A DNA stretch of 63,969 nucleotides, filler included, from Dirinaria sp. TL-2023a (Eukaryota), in assembly GCA_051941275.1 (NCBI GenBank). It is 3 parts of 3 records of this genome, joined end to end, with 100 filler letters (N's around TTAATTAATTAA, not from the genome) between each part and the next. Parts side by side here need not be neighbours in the genome. Positions count along the whole stretch, not along the records: positions 43,358 to 63,969 come from JAVEBF010000280.1; 2 more parts are not named here. One strand, given 5' to 3'. Below the pieces are notes generated by a model. It did not search any database. It was given only the letters and a program-made list of their open reading frames with translations, and had not been told where the DNA came from. The number at the start of each line of letters is the position of its first letter. Within the stretch, counting starts at the first letter, position 1. This document shows positions 61,506 to 63,969 of the stretch, one piece after another. Position numbers and translations under genes: made by a program.

Positions 61506-62080
61506 CTTCGCTGCTGTGTCCGCGGTTCAATAGAATAGCCCCGGTGGTCGAGAAACGGTGGTGACACCGTGACAGGGCCGTGTAGGAAAAAGCAAAATGC
61601 AGGATATCGTCAATCAAAGGTCCTCTAGCCTTCGGTACGAGCTATCAGGGGCATTCAGTCAGAAATATCATGCACCAGAAGAAGCGCGACAGAGGGGAGG
61701 ATCGTATAATGCGAGTTCTATCATAATCCGGGCTGGAGGAAAGCTTTGAAGCTGGGGTGAATCTGTCCTCGAGGGGAGTTCCAAGCGAGCTAAGCCGCAA
61801 CATGATGCCTTCAAACCTTCTAATTTCTACCGAGGAATCCACGAATCGGCGCTAACCCCTTGTGATTCTCTAGTCACGGGTATCGGTATCGGTTGCTTGA
61901 GCCTGAAGACTGTAAATAACAGTCAGCCGAACACCGGTCTGAATAGTTGAAGCAGCAGGCCAATACCTTATTCGATTCGTGCTTCTTCTCGATCTACCCT
62001 CAATATGCTGCTGCAGACGAAAGGATCTTGCCAAGCACCACCAGCTACTTCGCCGTTTTCAATGTGCCGCAACAGGTAAT

Positions 62081-63856
62081 ATGGGTCTGCTAGGAGACCT
62101 CTCTCCACAAGGGAGCATAGTCGTAAGTGTTCTTAATTAGGATGAAATCGCAGTTCCTGACTCTTCGGTCAGCTCGGTGTCTTTGTCGGCCTCGCTTCGA
62201 CTAGTATACAGAGCTTGGGTCTTACACTACAACGGAAGTCGCATATACTAGAAGATGAGAAAGAACCGGATGCCCACAGGCGGCCACCGTTTCGAAGGCG
62301 GAGGTGGCAGGTTCGTCAATCAGGCCAGGGAATTTCTTGAGGCAGTGGCTGATATTGCTGTAGCTGGGCATGCTCATATTCATCCTCGCCAATGTCGTAG
62401 GGAGCAGCATTCAAATTACTACGTTACCACTTCCAGTCCTTTCGACCCTGCAGGCCGTACGAACTCTGAGATTTTCCAGACTCGTTCAACACGAATCGCT
62501 GACCGTAACAGTCTGGCTTGGTCTTCAATTCCATCTGCGCCACCCTAATTTTGGGCGAACCTTTCACACGGTACTCGTTGAGCGGCACAATACTCGTCTG
62601 CGTCGGAGCAGTGCTCATAGCAATCTTCGGCGCCATTGCAGAGCCGGCGCATAATTTGGATCAGCTTCTTCAGCTCCTCGGAAGACGTCAGTTCATTCTC
62701 TGGATGCTCGGGCAGGCGATCTTAGTCGTAGCGGTCACCATCGCCGCACGAGCGATGAAGCTGATGAATCCCTGGACGAGCAACAGTCCTCGAATGCGCC
62801 TTGGTCGGGGCATGGCATATGGCTGCATCAGCGGCATTCTTTCAGCTCACTCCCTACTCGTGGCCAAATCCGCCGTCGAGTTGCTTGTTCGGACGATAGT
62901 CGACCGACACAACGAGTTCAATCGCTGGCAATCCTGGATCATCCTCCTCGTATTTCTCGCCCTCGCTCTTTCCCAACTTTACTACCTGCATCGCGGTTTA
63001 AAGCTTTGTTCGACCAGCATATTATACCCATTTGTTTTTTGCGTGTACAATATCATCGCTATCTTAGACGGTCTTATCTATTTCCACCAGACTGATCGCC
63101 TTTCCGTAGTTCATGCTCTGCTGGTAAGTTCTCTTGACCAGCTCTCCAAACCAGCTAGTTCTAAAGTAATACCAGATCGCCTTGGGTACCGTGATCCTCC
63201 TTGCCGGTGTCCTTGCCCTCTCCTGGCGTCTCAGCAACGATACCTCAACCCGTCCACCCTTCCCTCAAACACCCCTAACCTCCAGCATGGGATTGGTCGA
63301 CGACTCCGACTCCAACCCTCCAACTCCCACCAGCCGCTTCCACGAGGAAGCCGGCCTTACACCTCCTAGCCACAAAAGCGCCACCACCTCACTCAACGGC
63401 ACCTACCCTCACACCCCGATCTCAACGCGCAAACCACCCATGGTGACCGAAAGCGACGAGATCTGGGAAGACCTGGAAGACGACATCGTGAGCCCTCTAC
63501 CCCCTTTCCACCAGCGAAGATCCAGCGCCAGAAGCACCCCATCATCCCGGAACTCCAATAACCAACGAACCCCGAGCGCGGGCACGATCGAGGGTCCGAA
63601 TGAGTCGACGGCGCTGCTGGGCAGGACGGGCACCGGCAGGAGCTACCGAGATAAGAGGAGACGGCGCTCCTCGGTGCCTGCGCTTGATCTTGAAGGGGTG
63701 AGTAGTAGTAATACGCAAGGAAGGAGGAGGAGCAGGATGTCGCCCGTTCAGCAGGAGGCGACGGGCGGCTGGTGGAAGATGAAGTGGTGGAAGGGAAAGA
63801 GGCGGAAGAGGGATGATAATGATGATGAAAACGGTGGAAGAGAAGGAGGTGACTAG
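62081..63856 (+). CDS. NIPA/DUF803-family (Mg2+) transporter, 5 exons
   Basis: MGLLGDLSPQGSIV|LGVFVGLASTSIQSLGLTLQRKSH, RPPFRRRRWQ|LGMLIFILANVVGSSIQITTLPLPVLSTLQA|SGLVFNSICATLILGEPFT, SGILSAHSLLVAKSAVEL and GLKLCSTSILYPFVFCVYN. Confidence 0.9.
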
Positions 63857-63969
63857 CGGAAAGGTGGCGACCAAAGAATCTTCTGTATTGCACGAGCGTT
63901 CTGAACCTTTTTGGGGGCCCCCGTGGGCAAAAAGGGGGGTTGGGGAAGAGGAAGAGTAAATACGCATAT

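Overview
This is filamentous ascomycete (Pezizomycotina) nuclear DNA, judged from the (CCCTAA)n telomere, GT-AG introns with CTRAY branch points, and a Zn2Cys6 transcription factor. Two artificial 100-bp N44-TTAATTAATTAA-N44 linkers (21588-21687, 43258-43357) split the window into three contigs, so adjacency across them is unproven. Contig 1 (1-21587) is a chromosome end. It holds the telomere, a CSC1/OSCA channel gene, a 540-bp MITE with ~147-bp TIRs and an 8-bp TSD, a decayed HNH-endonuclease gene, an orphan F-box-like Cys/His-rich gene, and a compact trio of secreted metallo-beta-lactamase-fold hydrolase, Zn2Cys6 factor and DHA1 MFS pump. Contig 2 (21688-43257) is accessory, partly decayed DNA with the standout feature: an intronless 1186-aa gene fusing a DyP-type heme peroxidase to a complete glycyl radical enzyme (GCFEP Cys loop, RMGGW Gly loop). 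I saw no radical-SAM activase in the window. This gene lies directly downstream of a co-oriented cytochrome P450 whose conserved I-helix Thr is replaced by Pro (AGADPT) and upstream of an MFS transporter. A pyrimidine 5'-nucleotidase follows further along the contig. Contig 3 (43358-63969) is conserved core genome: Sen1 (with three C-terminal CCHC knuckles), a Dnf1/2-type flippase, a probable Nse6/SLF2-like gene, V-ATPase subunit E and a NIPA-type Mg transporter. Exon boundaries were read by eye and family calls come from motif recognition; no database searches were run.
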